Shown here in pieces: positions 25,413 through 32,000 of a stretch of 32,000 nt of DNA. Origin of the DNA: Pseudodesulfovibrio mercurii. GTDB lineage: Bacteria > Desulfobacterota > Desulfovibrionia > Desulfovibrionales > Desulfovibrionaceae. The stretch covers positions 1,080,001-1,112,000 of the forward strand of contig NC_016803.1 in assembly GCF_000189295.2 (NCBI RefSeq), given 5' to 3'. The notes below the pieces were generated by a model. That model ran no database searches. It was not told where the DNA came from and saw only the letters and a list, made by a program, of their open reading frames with translations. Numbering within the stretch: position 1 is the first letter of the stretch; every line of letters starts with the position of its first letter. A program made the translations under genes and the position numbers.

Positions 25413-25778
25413 TCAGACCTCGGCGAGCCACCTTCTGGCCGCCTCCTCATCGGTGAAGACCTTGATGGGGCCTATCGGGTCGAGCATGTGCCGGGACAAG
25501 ACGTGATTTATGCCTGAACTGACCACGGCGGATTTCCGCCCGGCCACCAGCAACTCCTCCGGTTCATGGATTTGATCGAGCGCATGCTTCAACGCATCGA
25601 AATTCATGTGGACATGACAGTTCGTTTCGTCGGCGAGGACCCGGCACAGGCCGGCCAGCACGAGGTCGTCGTGTATCCTGTCTATGTAACATATCATTTC
25701 CTCCACGGAACAGAGCGACCCCGCTATGACCACATGAAGGTGGTCGCCCTCGACTTCCGAGTGATATCGTATCGGCAT
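25413..25778 (-). CDS. Small STAS/SpoIIAA-like (SEC14-STAS type) protein, 121 aa, downstream paralogue
   Basis: I prefer the ATG at 25778 (MPIRYHSEVEGDHLHVVIAG...). The landmark pattern is a beta-strand then G, then RVLADE, then SAVV, then a C-terminal FTDEEAARRWL, which is typical of ~120-aa SpoIIAA-like proteins. The fold call is by eye only. Confidence 0.6.
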   Translation of the reverse strand: MPIRYHSEVEGDHLHVVIAGSLCSVEEMICYIDRIHDDLVLAGLCRVLADETNCHVHMNFDALKHALDQIHEPEELLVAGRKSAVVSSGINHVLSRHMLDPIGPIKVFTDEEAARRWLAEV

Positions 25779-25803
25779 GGTTGCTACAGGACTCCTGCGG
25801 GCA

Positions 25804-26169
25804 TCAGGACATAAGCCATTGCGTCGCCTGTTCAAAGGATGAGAACTGCCTGTAGGGTATACAGCGGTTTTGGAGAAACGTTTCGATCCAATGCAACCGG
25901 GACAGATTTTCCGGAGTATAGATGACGGCCACCCGCATGTTGCTTCTGGGCTCGTCGATCCTGCCCTCCGCGAACTCCGTCAGGGTCAGCGGGTCTATCT
26001 TCATGTCGACCGACCGTTCATCGATCAGGAATCGCCGACAGTCCAACCGGGCGGCGAGGTCCTTCATGGACCGGCCCAGCGAGACCAGGTCTTCCTCCGA
26101 CCGGATCTCTCCCGACGAAGTCAGAAAGATGTAACCGTCCGTCTTCTGCACTTCATATGTATACGGCAT
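25804..26169 (-). CDS. Small STAS/SpoIIAA-like protein, 121 aa, upstream paralogue
   Basis: I prefer the ATG at 26169 (MPYTYEVQKTDGYIFLTSSG...), with GAGG 8 nt upstream. It has the same length and landmarks as the neighbour (MP..Y, G20, RFLIDE, VAVIY, FSSFEQATQWL). Many codons end in A or T. Confidence 0.6.
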   Translation of the reverse strand: MPYTYEVQKTDGYIFLTSSGEIRSEEDLVSLGRSMKDLAARLDCRRFLIDERSVDMKIDPLTLTEFAEGRIDEPRSNMRVAVIYTPENLSRLHWIETFLQNRCIPYRQFSSFEQATQWLMS

Positions 26170-26293
26170 GCGACAAGCCTCGCTTGACTGCTGTGGATAT
26201 ATGCGATCTATCGCCTCCCGGCATTCTGTTAGCACAGGCCGATTTATTTGTAATGGACGTTATTTTTAGAAAAAAATTAAACCGATCAAGAGG

Positions 26294-26336
26294 ATAAAAA
26301 AAGCCGAATCGCGAGCACATGCGCGATTCGGCTTTG
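26294..26336 (-). terminator. Intrinsic terminator downstream of the 126-aa gene
   Basis: aagccgaatcgcg (26301-26313) pairs with cgcgattcggctt (26322-26334). On the minus strand the stem is followed by a T-run (plus-strand A-run at 26296-26300). Confidence 0.7.
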
Positions 26337-26355
26337 TTTCTTGCGTTGTCCGGCG

Positions 26356-26736
26356 TCAGGCCAGGGTGATGGTCAGGGGGATGACGTGAAGTTCGCGGGA
26401 GATTTCCCTGGTGTTGCCGAATTCCCAGTCGGCGGACGGGGCTCCGGCGGCCCGGGCCACGGCCTGGGCGATACCGTTCACGTCGATGACCGGGTGGCGG
26501 GAAAAGACCTTGGGCAGGCCGTAGGTCAGGTTGCAGGCCAGGCACTTGCCGGGGCGCTGCGTGAGCTTGAGTTCGAAGTCCAGGGCCTGGCCCCGGTTCC
26601 CGGCATAGGCCAGGCTGATATCGTAGCTGCCCTCCTCGGCGTCGCCGAACAGGGCCTCGAAAAAGGCCTCGGTGCGCTCGGGCGGAAAGATGGTCTGCAG
26701 GGTGTCCTCGGTAAAGATACGGCCGTATGGGCTCAT
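26356..26736 (-). CDS. Hypothetical protein, 126 aa, with a CxxC motif (GKCLACNLTYG)
   Basis: The ATG at 26736 has GGGAGA 6 nt upstream and GC3 is high. I discounted the ORF-track N-terminal extension to 26814. I did not recognise a family with certainty. Confidence 0.65.
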   Translation of the reverse strand: MSPYGRIFTEDTLQTIFPPERTEAFFEALFGDAEEGSYDISLAYAGNRGQALDFELKLTQRPGKCLACNLTYGLPKVFSRHPVIDVNGIAQAVARAAGAPSADWEFGNTREISRELHVIPLTITLA

Positions 26737-26799
26737 GAACGGTCTCCCGAAAGCGGATGGGTTGCTGGAATGCCGACGCGGGCAAAGGCTCGTGTGTAC

Positions 26800-26838
26800 A
26801 TAAAAACCCCGCACCGGGCAAGATTATCCGGTGCGGGG
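26800..26838 (-). terminator. Intrinsic terminator downstream of the DUF401 gene
   Basis: ccccgcaccgg (26807-26817) pairs with ccggtgcgggg (26828-26838) around a 10-nt loop. On the minus strand the stem is followed by TTTTTAT. Confidence 0.65.
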
Positions 26839-26850
26839 AATGCGGCGGGA

Positions 26851-28137
26851 CTAGACGTAGAGGAAGAACAGGGCCACGCCCGAGGCCAGGAAGACCAGGC
26901 ACGGAGGCACGACCTTGCGCCAGGTGCGGCCCAGGTCGCACTGGAAGTATTCGCAGGTCAGGATGAAACAGATGTGAATGGGCGAGATCATCACCCCGGT
27001 GAAGCCGCAGAAGGTGGCCAGGACGATGTAGGGCACGGTCTGGTCCTGCATGCCGAGCGAATGGAGCACGCCCAGAAGCAGGGGGAAGGTCGCGCCCACG
27101 AAGGCCACGTTGATGCCCGCGACCATGCCGACCAGGAACGGCAGGAAGGCGGCCGAGGCGAACAGGGCCGCTTCGCCGCCCGCCACGCGGGCCATCTCCT
27201 GGACCACGCCCGCGGCCTGGAGGATGTCCTTGAAGATGAAAATGGCCGTGATGACGGAAATCATGGACCACAGGGACCTCTTGGTCAGCACCTGGCGCAG
27301 GAAGTTCAGGCCGAGCTGGGTGTTCTGGACCATGACGCAGACCACGGCGGAGGCCAGGGCGGCGACCACGCCGAACTCGAAGGGAATGGACCGGGCAAAG
27401 GCCGCGATGGAGGTCTCCAGCCCGATGGCCCCGACGATGGCGATGAGCAGGGGCAGCCCCTCGCGCAGGGCGGCGGACTTGCTGCGGGTGGTCACGGGCA
27501 TGGGCACGGCCAGGTCCTTGGCCCCGAGCACGCCGGGCCGCAGGAAGAAGAACCAGCCGGTCAGGAGCATGAGCGGGGTGCCGGGCCAGGTGTAGGAGAT
27601 GAGGTCGATGATCTGGAGGTTGGCCAGGGCCAGGGTCAGGATGATGCCCGGATAGAGCGGCCAGACCAGCTCCCAGACGTGGCGGAACCAGTAGTTGAGC
27701 ACGGCCCTGTCGGAGTTGGTGATGTGCATGTCCTCGGACACGGTCTTGATCATGGGCGCGGAAAAGACCGCGCCGCCGGGCATGGGCAGCAGCCCGATGA
27801 GGGCCGGAAAAAAGACCAGGCGGAGTCTCGGGCTGGTCAGGAAGCCGGACAGGGCCTCCATGAGCCGCCGAGACTGGCCGGACCGCTCCATGGCGTCGCT
27901 CAGGATCAGGATGAGGCCGACGATGGCCGCCAGGAACAGGAACTTCTCCTGGGTCAGGGCCAGGGCTCCGGTCGTGGCAATGGGCAGCAGCCCCATGCCG
28001 AAGAGCAACCCCATGACCACGCCGCCCACGAGGATGGACAGGCCCAGGCCGATGCGCAGGCGCATGCCCGCGAGCATGAGCAGAAAGGAAAAGAGGACCT
28101 TGAGAAAGGGAGCGAGAGTGACGAACAGCGAATCCAT
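26851..28137 (-). CDS. DUF401-family integral membrane protein (putative transporter), 428 aa
   Basis: I chose the ATG at 28137 (MDSLFVTLAPFLKV...), with AAGGA 8 nt upstream. The protein is polytopic, and segments such as LIGLLPMPGGAVFSAPM and NYWFRHVWELVWPLYPG are as I remember for DUF401. The upstream 160 codons of the track ORF look non-coding. Confidence 0.65.
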   Translation of the reverse strand: MDSLFVTLAPFLKVLFSFLLMLAGMRLRIGLGLSILVGGVVMGLLFGMGLLPIATTGALALTQEKFLFLAAIVGLILILSDAMERSGQSRRLMEALSGFLTSPRLRLVFFPALIGLLPMPGGAVFSAPMIKTVSEDMHITNSDRAVLNYWFRHVWELVWPLYPGIILTLALANLQIIDLISYTWPGTPLMLLTGWFFFLRPGVLGAKDLAVPMPVTTRSKSAALREGLPLLIAIVGAIGLETSIAAFARSIPFEFGVVAALASAVVCVMVQNTQLGLNFLRQVLTKRSLWSMISVITAIFIFKDILQAAGVVQEMARVAGGEAALFASAAFLPFLVGMVAGINVAFVGATFPLLLGVLHSLGMQDQTVPYIVLATFCGFTGVMISPIHICFILTCEYFQCDLGRTWRKVVPPCLVFLASGVALFFLYV

Positions 28138-28342
28138 GGGAAAAATCCTTATGGGTATGAGGCCGACGGCGTGGGGAACCGGGCCAGCTTCCGTCCTTCG
28201 CGGGGAAAAAGCAAGCAAAAGCCGATGGTCCGGGCCGGACCGGAGTCGGCGGGAAAGAGATTCGGCCCCTTGCCCGGACCGCCGCATTGCGTTACACAGT
28301 AGATCGCGCGCACTGCCGATCACCCATTGGAGACATGGATCA

Positions 28343-28816
28343 ATGAGCATGAACAGGAAACAGATACGGGCCCACATCTTCGCCGTCATCATCAACAAGG
28401 TCGAGGAGCAGGACGAAACCCGCCGCCTTGAGGCCCTGAACGAGTTCATGGCCGTGACCGGCACCGCGGGCAACGCCTCGGAGCAGATCGCCAGCCTGAT
28501 CCCGCCGATCATGCACGAGCTGTACGAGAAGTGGATCACCCTGTTCATCGACCGGCTGCTGGAGACCGTGGACACCCGGAACATCGAGCTTCTGTGCGAC
28601 GGGTCCGACGACAACAACGCGGCCCTGGTCCTGGCCTACGTCATGTTCCTGGAGTCCGCGCGCATGGAAAAGCAGATCGACGAGGACCTGCGCCAGCACG
28701 GCATGCGGGCCACGGGCGGGGACGACCTGGGCGACGTGGCCGCCAGCTACATCCGCGCCCAGATGGCCCGGATCGCCGAGCAGATGGGCGACGACGAGAT
28801 CAAGGGCAACTGCTGA
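28343..28816 (+). CDS. Hypothetical acidic, predicted helical protein, 157 aa
   Basis: The ATG at 28343 has GGAGA at 28329-28333 and GC3 is very high. Only the 3' part of track ORF 27695..28816 is plausible coding. No family was recognised. Confidence 0.65.
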   Translation: MSMNRKQIRAHIFAVIINKVEEQDETRRLEALNEFMAVTGTAGNASEQIASLIPPIMHELYEKWITLFIDRLLETVDTRNIELLCDGSDDNNAALVLAYVMFLESARMEKQIDEDLRQHGMRATGGDDLGDVAASYIRAQMARIAEQMGDDEIKGNC

Positions 28817-28823
28817 CCGCCGC

Positions 28824-28889
28824 CCCCTCCCGGACGCGAAAACGCCCCGCCACCACATGGTGACGGGGCGTTTTCGCGTCCGGGAGGGG
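28824..28889. repeat. 26-bp perfect inverted repeat filling the convergent intergenic gap (hairpin, possible U-tract-less bidirectional terminator)
   Basis: cccctcccggacgcgaaaacgccccg (28824-28849) is the exact reverse complement of cggggcgttttcgcgtccgggagggg (28864-28889). The 14-nt loop contains a further cacc/ggtg pairing. Confidence 0.7.
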
Positions 28890-28894
28890 AAGAC

Positions 28895-29422
28895 TCAGCC
28901 CACGGCGTCGCCGGACTCGGCGATGGCCTTTTCCACGGCCAGGGCCATGTCCTCGTCCGGATCGGGCTGATGGGTCTCGATGAGCCCCAGTTGCAGGTTC
29001 AGCTCGCGCATGACCTTCACGGCGGTGGGGTTGAAGTAGCGCGACCACACGGCCGGGGCCTTTTCGGACCGGCCAAGACGGACCAGGGTCAGGCCGAGGT
29101 AGAGGAAGGCGTCCTGGTAGGTCTGGTCGATGCGCAGGGCGCGCTCGAATTCGAGCTTGGCCTGACGGTACATGCCGAGCCGGTAGGAGCAGACCCCGAG
29201 GCGGTAACGCACGTCCGCGTCGTTCTTGTCCTGCTCCAGGCACTCCTTATATTTCAGGCGCGCCGCCTCCCACTGTTCGTCCACGTACAGCGCGTTGGCG
29301 GCCTTGACCACCTCGATGCCGCCGGCGGTGGAGGCCACGGGCTGGTCGTCCTCCTTGCGGATGCGGCGCACGGCCCCGAACAGGAAATTGCGGCGGGATT
29401 TGTCGATCTTCTTTTCGGCCAT
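28895..29422 (-). CDS. Tetratricopeptide-repeat protein with an N-terminal twin-arginine-like motif, 175 aa
   Basis: The TPR-like repeats include WEAARLKYKECLEQDKNDADVRYRLGVCSYRLGMYRQAKLEFERALRID. The N-terminus KSRRNFLFGAV resembles a Tat motif but has no hydrophobic h-region. GGAGGA lies upstream of the ATG. Confidence 0.75.
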   Translation of the reverse strand: MAEKKIDKSRRNFLFGAVRRIRKEDDQPVASTAGGIEVVKAANALYVDEQWEAARLKYKECLEQDKNDADVRYRLGVCSYRLGMYRQAKLEFERALRIDQTYQDAFLYLGLTLVRLGRSEKAPAVWSRYFNPTAVKVMRELNLQLGLIETHQPDPDEDMALAVEKAIAESGDAVG

Positions 29423-29514
29423 GATTCCTCCGGCCCGAAGAATACCTGTTTCGGGCGCATCGTCAAGGCGGCAACCGGTTGCCTTTTCAGGCGGTTCATG
29501 GAAGATTCCCGTTC

Positions 29515-31266
29515 ATGAGCGAATGCTTCGGCCGGACCGGCACGGTCCTCCATATCGACCTGACCACGGGCACGGCCACGGACGAGCACCCGGACGACGC
29601 CGTTTACGAACGGTTCATCGGCGGCCGGGGGCTGGCCGGGCACTACCTGAGCCCCTTCGCCGACCGCGACCACACCGACCCGGACCTGCCGCTCCTGCTG
29701 TTCACCGGCCCCCTGACGGGCACGGAATCGCCCACCTCCGGGCGCGGCTCCATCGTGTCCCGCTCGCCCCTGACCGGGACCGTGTGCGACGGCTCCATCG
29801 GCGGCGGCCTGCCCACCCGGCTGAAAAAGGCCGGGTACGACGGGCTGGTCATCACCGGGCGCAGCCAGACGCCGTGCGGCATCGAGATCGACGACGATAC
29901 GGTGCGGGTGGTCGAGACCTCCCTGTGGGGCCGCGACACGGACGCGGTCCTGCACGAGCTGGAGCAGCGGCTGCCCGAGGACACCTCCCTGGCCTGCATC
30001 GGCCCGGCGGCCGAGAACGGCTCGCCCCTCGGCTCGGTGGCCGTGGACCATCGCCACGGCGGCGTGCGCGGCGGCCTGGGCCTGGTCTGGGCGGCCAAGA
30101 ACCTCAAGTACCTGACCGTGCGCGGTTCCGGCCAGGTCCGGGTGCACGACCCCGAGGCCCTGGACGAGGCGCGCGAGGCCATCATTCGCCTGACCATGGC
30201 CTCGCCCGTGCTCATGGGCCGCCACGGATTTTCGCACTGGGGCACGGGCGCCCTGTTTGACCTGATCAACTCCCGGCGCATGCTGCCCACCGACAATTTC
30301 ACCAAGACCTGGTTCGAGCACGGCGGCGCGGTCGACGCCCCGTCCCTGACCGCGCTGTACAAGCCGCGCGACCACGGCTGCCTGGGCTGCCACATCCATT
30401 GCCGCAAGATCGCCCGGGACGGACGCAGCCTGCCCGGCTTCGAGGCCATGGCCCACTTCACCGCCCTCATCGGCAACGCCGACCCCGAGGCGGCCATGGA
30501 GGGCGTGGACCTGTGCGGTCGGCTCGGCCTGGACCCCATCTCGGCCGGGTCCACCCTGGCCTGCCTGCGCGAGATCACCGGCAAGGACTACACGGACAAG
30601 ACCCTTCTCTCGACCCTGCGGGCCATGGCCGAGGGCGGCGACCTGGCCCTGGGCGCCCTCAACCTGGCCCGGGCCTGCGGCAGACCGGAGACGGCCATGA
30701 CCGTCAAGGGGCTGGAGCTGCCCGCCTTCGACCCGCGCGGCGGCTACGGCCTGGCCCTGGCCTACGCCGTGTCCACCCGGGGCGGCTGCCACCAGCGCGC
30801 CTACCCCATCAGCCACGAGGTCCTGCGCAAGCCCGTGGCCACCGACCGCTTCACCTTCAGCGGCAAGGCCCGGATCATCAAGCTGGCCGAGGACGCCATC
30901 GCGGCCTGCGACGCCATGAACGCCTGCCGCCTGATCTTCCTGGCCGCCGGGCTCGAGGAGTACGCCAAGGCCATGACCGCGGTCACGGGACGCGACTGGT
31001 CGGTCCAGTCCCTGCTCGAAGTGGGCGAGCGCACCACGGTCAACGAGCGGCGCATGAACGCGGAAAACGGCTTCACCGCCTCGGACGACGACCTGCCCGA
31101 GCGGTTCTTCACCGAACCGGGCAGGTCGGGCGGCGGCGTGACCGTCCCGCCCATCGACCGCGAGGCGTTCCTCCAGGCCCGGCACAACTACTACGTCGTG
31201 CGCGGCCTGGACGAGAACGGCGACCCCACCATGGAAACCCTGCAACGGCTGGGGCTCGACCGATGA
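29515..31266 (+). CDS. aor: Aldehyde:ferredoxin oxidoreductase family protein (tungstopterin enzyme), 583 aa
   Basis: The N-terminus GRTGTVLHIDLTTG...ERFIGGRGLAGHYL and the [4Fe-4S] motif CLGCHIHC plus a distal GGCHQRAY are AOR-family features. I chose the ATG at 29515 within the track ORF that starts at 29479. Confidence 0.88.
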   Translation: MSECFGRTGTVLHIDLTTGTATDEHPDDAVYERFIGGRGLAGHYLSPFADRDHTDPDLPLLLFTGPLTGTESPTSGRGSIVSRSPLTGTVCDGSIGGGLPTRLKKAGYDGLVITGRSQTPCGIEIDDDTVRVVETSLWGRDTDAVLHELEQRLPEDTSLACIGPAAENGSPLGSVAVDHRHGGVRGGLGLVWAAKNLKYLTVRGSGQVRVHDPEALDEAREAIIRLTMASPVLMGRHGFSHWGTGALFDLINSRRMLPTDNFTKTWFEHGGAVDAPSLTALYKPRDHGCLGCHIHCRKIARDGRSLPGFEAMAHFTALIGNADPEAAMEGVDLCGRLGLDPISAGSTLACLREITGKDYTDKTLLSTLRAMAEGGDLALGALNLARACGRPETAMTVKGLELPAFDPRGGYGLALAYAVSTRGGCHQRAYPISHEVLRKPVATDRFTFSGKARIIKLAEDAIAACDAMNACRLIFLAAGLEEYAKAMTAVTGRDWSVQSLLEVGERTTVNERRMNAENGFTASDDDLPERFFTEPGRSGGGVTVPPIDREAFLQARHNYYVVRGLDENGDPTMETLQRLGLDR

Positions 31267-32000
31267 AAACGCTGTGCGAAAAATACGCGGCCAAGCTGGC
31301 CGCCCAGGGGCTGGCCCCGGCCACGGGCCCGGACGCGCCGCTGGTCGGCGGCCTGGACGCGGACCTGGTCTGGAACCGCGAAGACCCGCGCACCGCCGAA
31401 CTGGCCGGGCTGTTCTCGCGCCTGTCCATCAACTCCCTGGTCTTCGTCCGCCCGGCCGAGCCGTACCGGACCATCCTGGACTTCCTGGCCGCGCGCAACC
31501 CCGAGGCCATCCGCCCCGAGGACACCGAGACCCGGACCTTCCTGCACGACATCCCGGTCTGCGCGGACTTCACGGCCGAGGCCATGGCCGCGCAGCTCAA
31601 ACGGCGCAAGGTCATCGTGATCCCCGGCCGGGGCGTGGCCGCCTGCGGCACGGTCAGCCCGGAGCAGGGCTTCGTGTCCGTGTCCTCGGCCGTGTTCGCC
31701 ACCTTCGTGCTCTTCTTCTCCGACTACCTGGCCCGGGCCCGGCGCATCGAACTGGACGACGGCTACGCCGAGGCCTTCGCCCGCGTGGTCCGGCTCCTGC
31801 CCGAACCGCGCACGGCCCCGCCCCAGCTCATGACCAGCCCCTTCCTTGACGAGGAATCCGTGCTCGCGGCCATGGCCGAAACAGGCCGCCAGGTGGTGGG
31901 CTTCGGTCTGGTGGACTCCTTTTTCGGCAATATCTCCTACCGGCTGGGCGAGACCGTCCACATCTCGCAGACCGGCAGCTCCCTGGACGAACTCGAAGGA
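31263..32000 (+). CDS. Class II aldolase/adducin-like protein, apparently a double domain; 5' 246 codons only, continues beyond the window
   Basis: It is absent from the ORF track because there is no stop in the window. My hand translation from the ATG at 31263 (an ATGA overlap with the aor stop) stays open to position 32000. It reads MKTLCEKYAAKLAAQG...GFGLVDSFFGNISYRLGETVHISQTGSSLDELEG. The GNIS.R...I..(T/S)G motif is typical of class II aldolase N-termini. GC3 is high. Confidence 0.7.
   Translation, partial: MKTLCEKYAAKLAAQGLAPATGPDAPLVGGLDADLVWNREDPRTAELAGLFSRLSINSLVFVRPAEPYRTILDFLAARNPEAIRPEDTETRTFLHDIPVCADFTAEAMAAQLKRRKVIVIPGRGVAACGTVSPEQGFVSVSSAVFATFVLFFSDYLARARRIELDDGYAEAFARVVRLLPEPRTAPPQLMTSPFLDEESVLAAMAETGRQVVGFGLVDSFFGNISYRLGETVHISQTGSSLDELEG

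Noticed and set aside
24705-25456. Six mutually overlapping ORFs in the 24.86-25.41 kb gap, considered as possible small genes.
   Set aside because: None has an RBS, and all are Arg/Pro/Ala/Gly-rich. They overlap each other on both strands, and the DNA is dominated by palindromes. I treated the region as non-coding; BLASTX could revise this.
27695-28342. The 5' two-thirds of the 373-aa ORF 27695..28816 +.
   Set aside because: It is antisense to the DUF401 gene and its translation is Ser/Arg/Met/Pro-rich junk. Only the segment from the ATG at 28343, which has GGAGA upstream and high GC3, looks like a real gene.
29378-29398. The SRRNFLF motif of the TPR protein, considered as a functional Tat signal peptide.
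   Set aside because: No hydrophobic h-region or AxA cleavage site follows; the next residues are RRIRKEDDQ. I kept it as a curiosity in the findings, not as an export signal.
26153-31961. Shadow ORFs 26153..27271 -, 26341..28302 +, 29226..30260 +, 29254..31245 -, 31191..31961 - and 31274..31849 +.
   Set aside because: These are low-complexity Arg/Gly/Pro/His translations that overlap the DUF401, AOR and aldolase-like genes. The frame I translated by hand from 31263 carries the recognisable aldolase motif, whereas the track ORFs in that region do not.
1-32000. Mobile elements, prophage, defence islands or toxin-antitoxin pairs anywhere in the window.
   Set aside because: I recognised no integrase, transposase, recombinase, tRNA attachment site, restriction/modification, Cas, nuclease/helicase or classic TA-like gene pair. 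The only compositionally atypical stretch is the small STAS-like islet, which lacks mobility genes.

Overview
GC-rich chromosomal segment (about two-thirds G+C by eye, not computed). Gene content and order look like a Desulfovibrionaceae sulfate reducer (Desulfovibrio/Pseudodesulfovibrio type). All calls come from reading the supplied translations and the DNA by eye; no homology search was run. Positions 1-11430 form one co-directional lactate-oxidation gene string closed by a clear intrinsic terminator: the 3' end of por, lctP, a FAD/Fe-S D-lactate dehydrogenase pair, pta, ackA, lutC, and a fused lutB-lutA. After it come a PAS-containing chemoreceptor, HU, RlpA, an amino-acid permease-aspA pair, typA, and a WtpABC-type tungstate/molybdate ABC transporter with a near-consensus sigma70 promoter. 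Next are a DUF202-DMT membrane pair, a Cys-rich Fe-S protein, and a ~550-bp palindrome-rich non-coding gap. A patchy lower-GC islet then carries two tandem 121-aa STAS/SpoIIAA-like paralogues, followed by a small hypothetical, a DUF401 membrane protein, a 157-aa hypothetical and a TPR protein. The window ends with a tungsten-type aldehyde:ferredoxin oxidoreductase translationally coupled to a class II aldolase-like gene that runs off the end. I saw no rRNA, tRNA, CRISPR array, transposase, integrase or recognisable defence gene. Most of the window is ordinary core metabolism and I cannot point to a clearly novel multi-gene system. The least-explained part is 23.9-29.5 kb: the Cys-rich Fe-S protein, the repeat-rich gap, the STAS-like islet, the DUF401 neighbourhood, and the TPR protein next to the AOR-aldolase pair.
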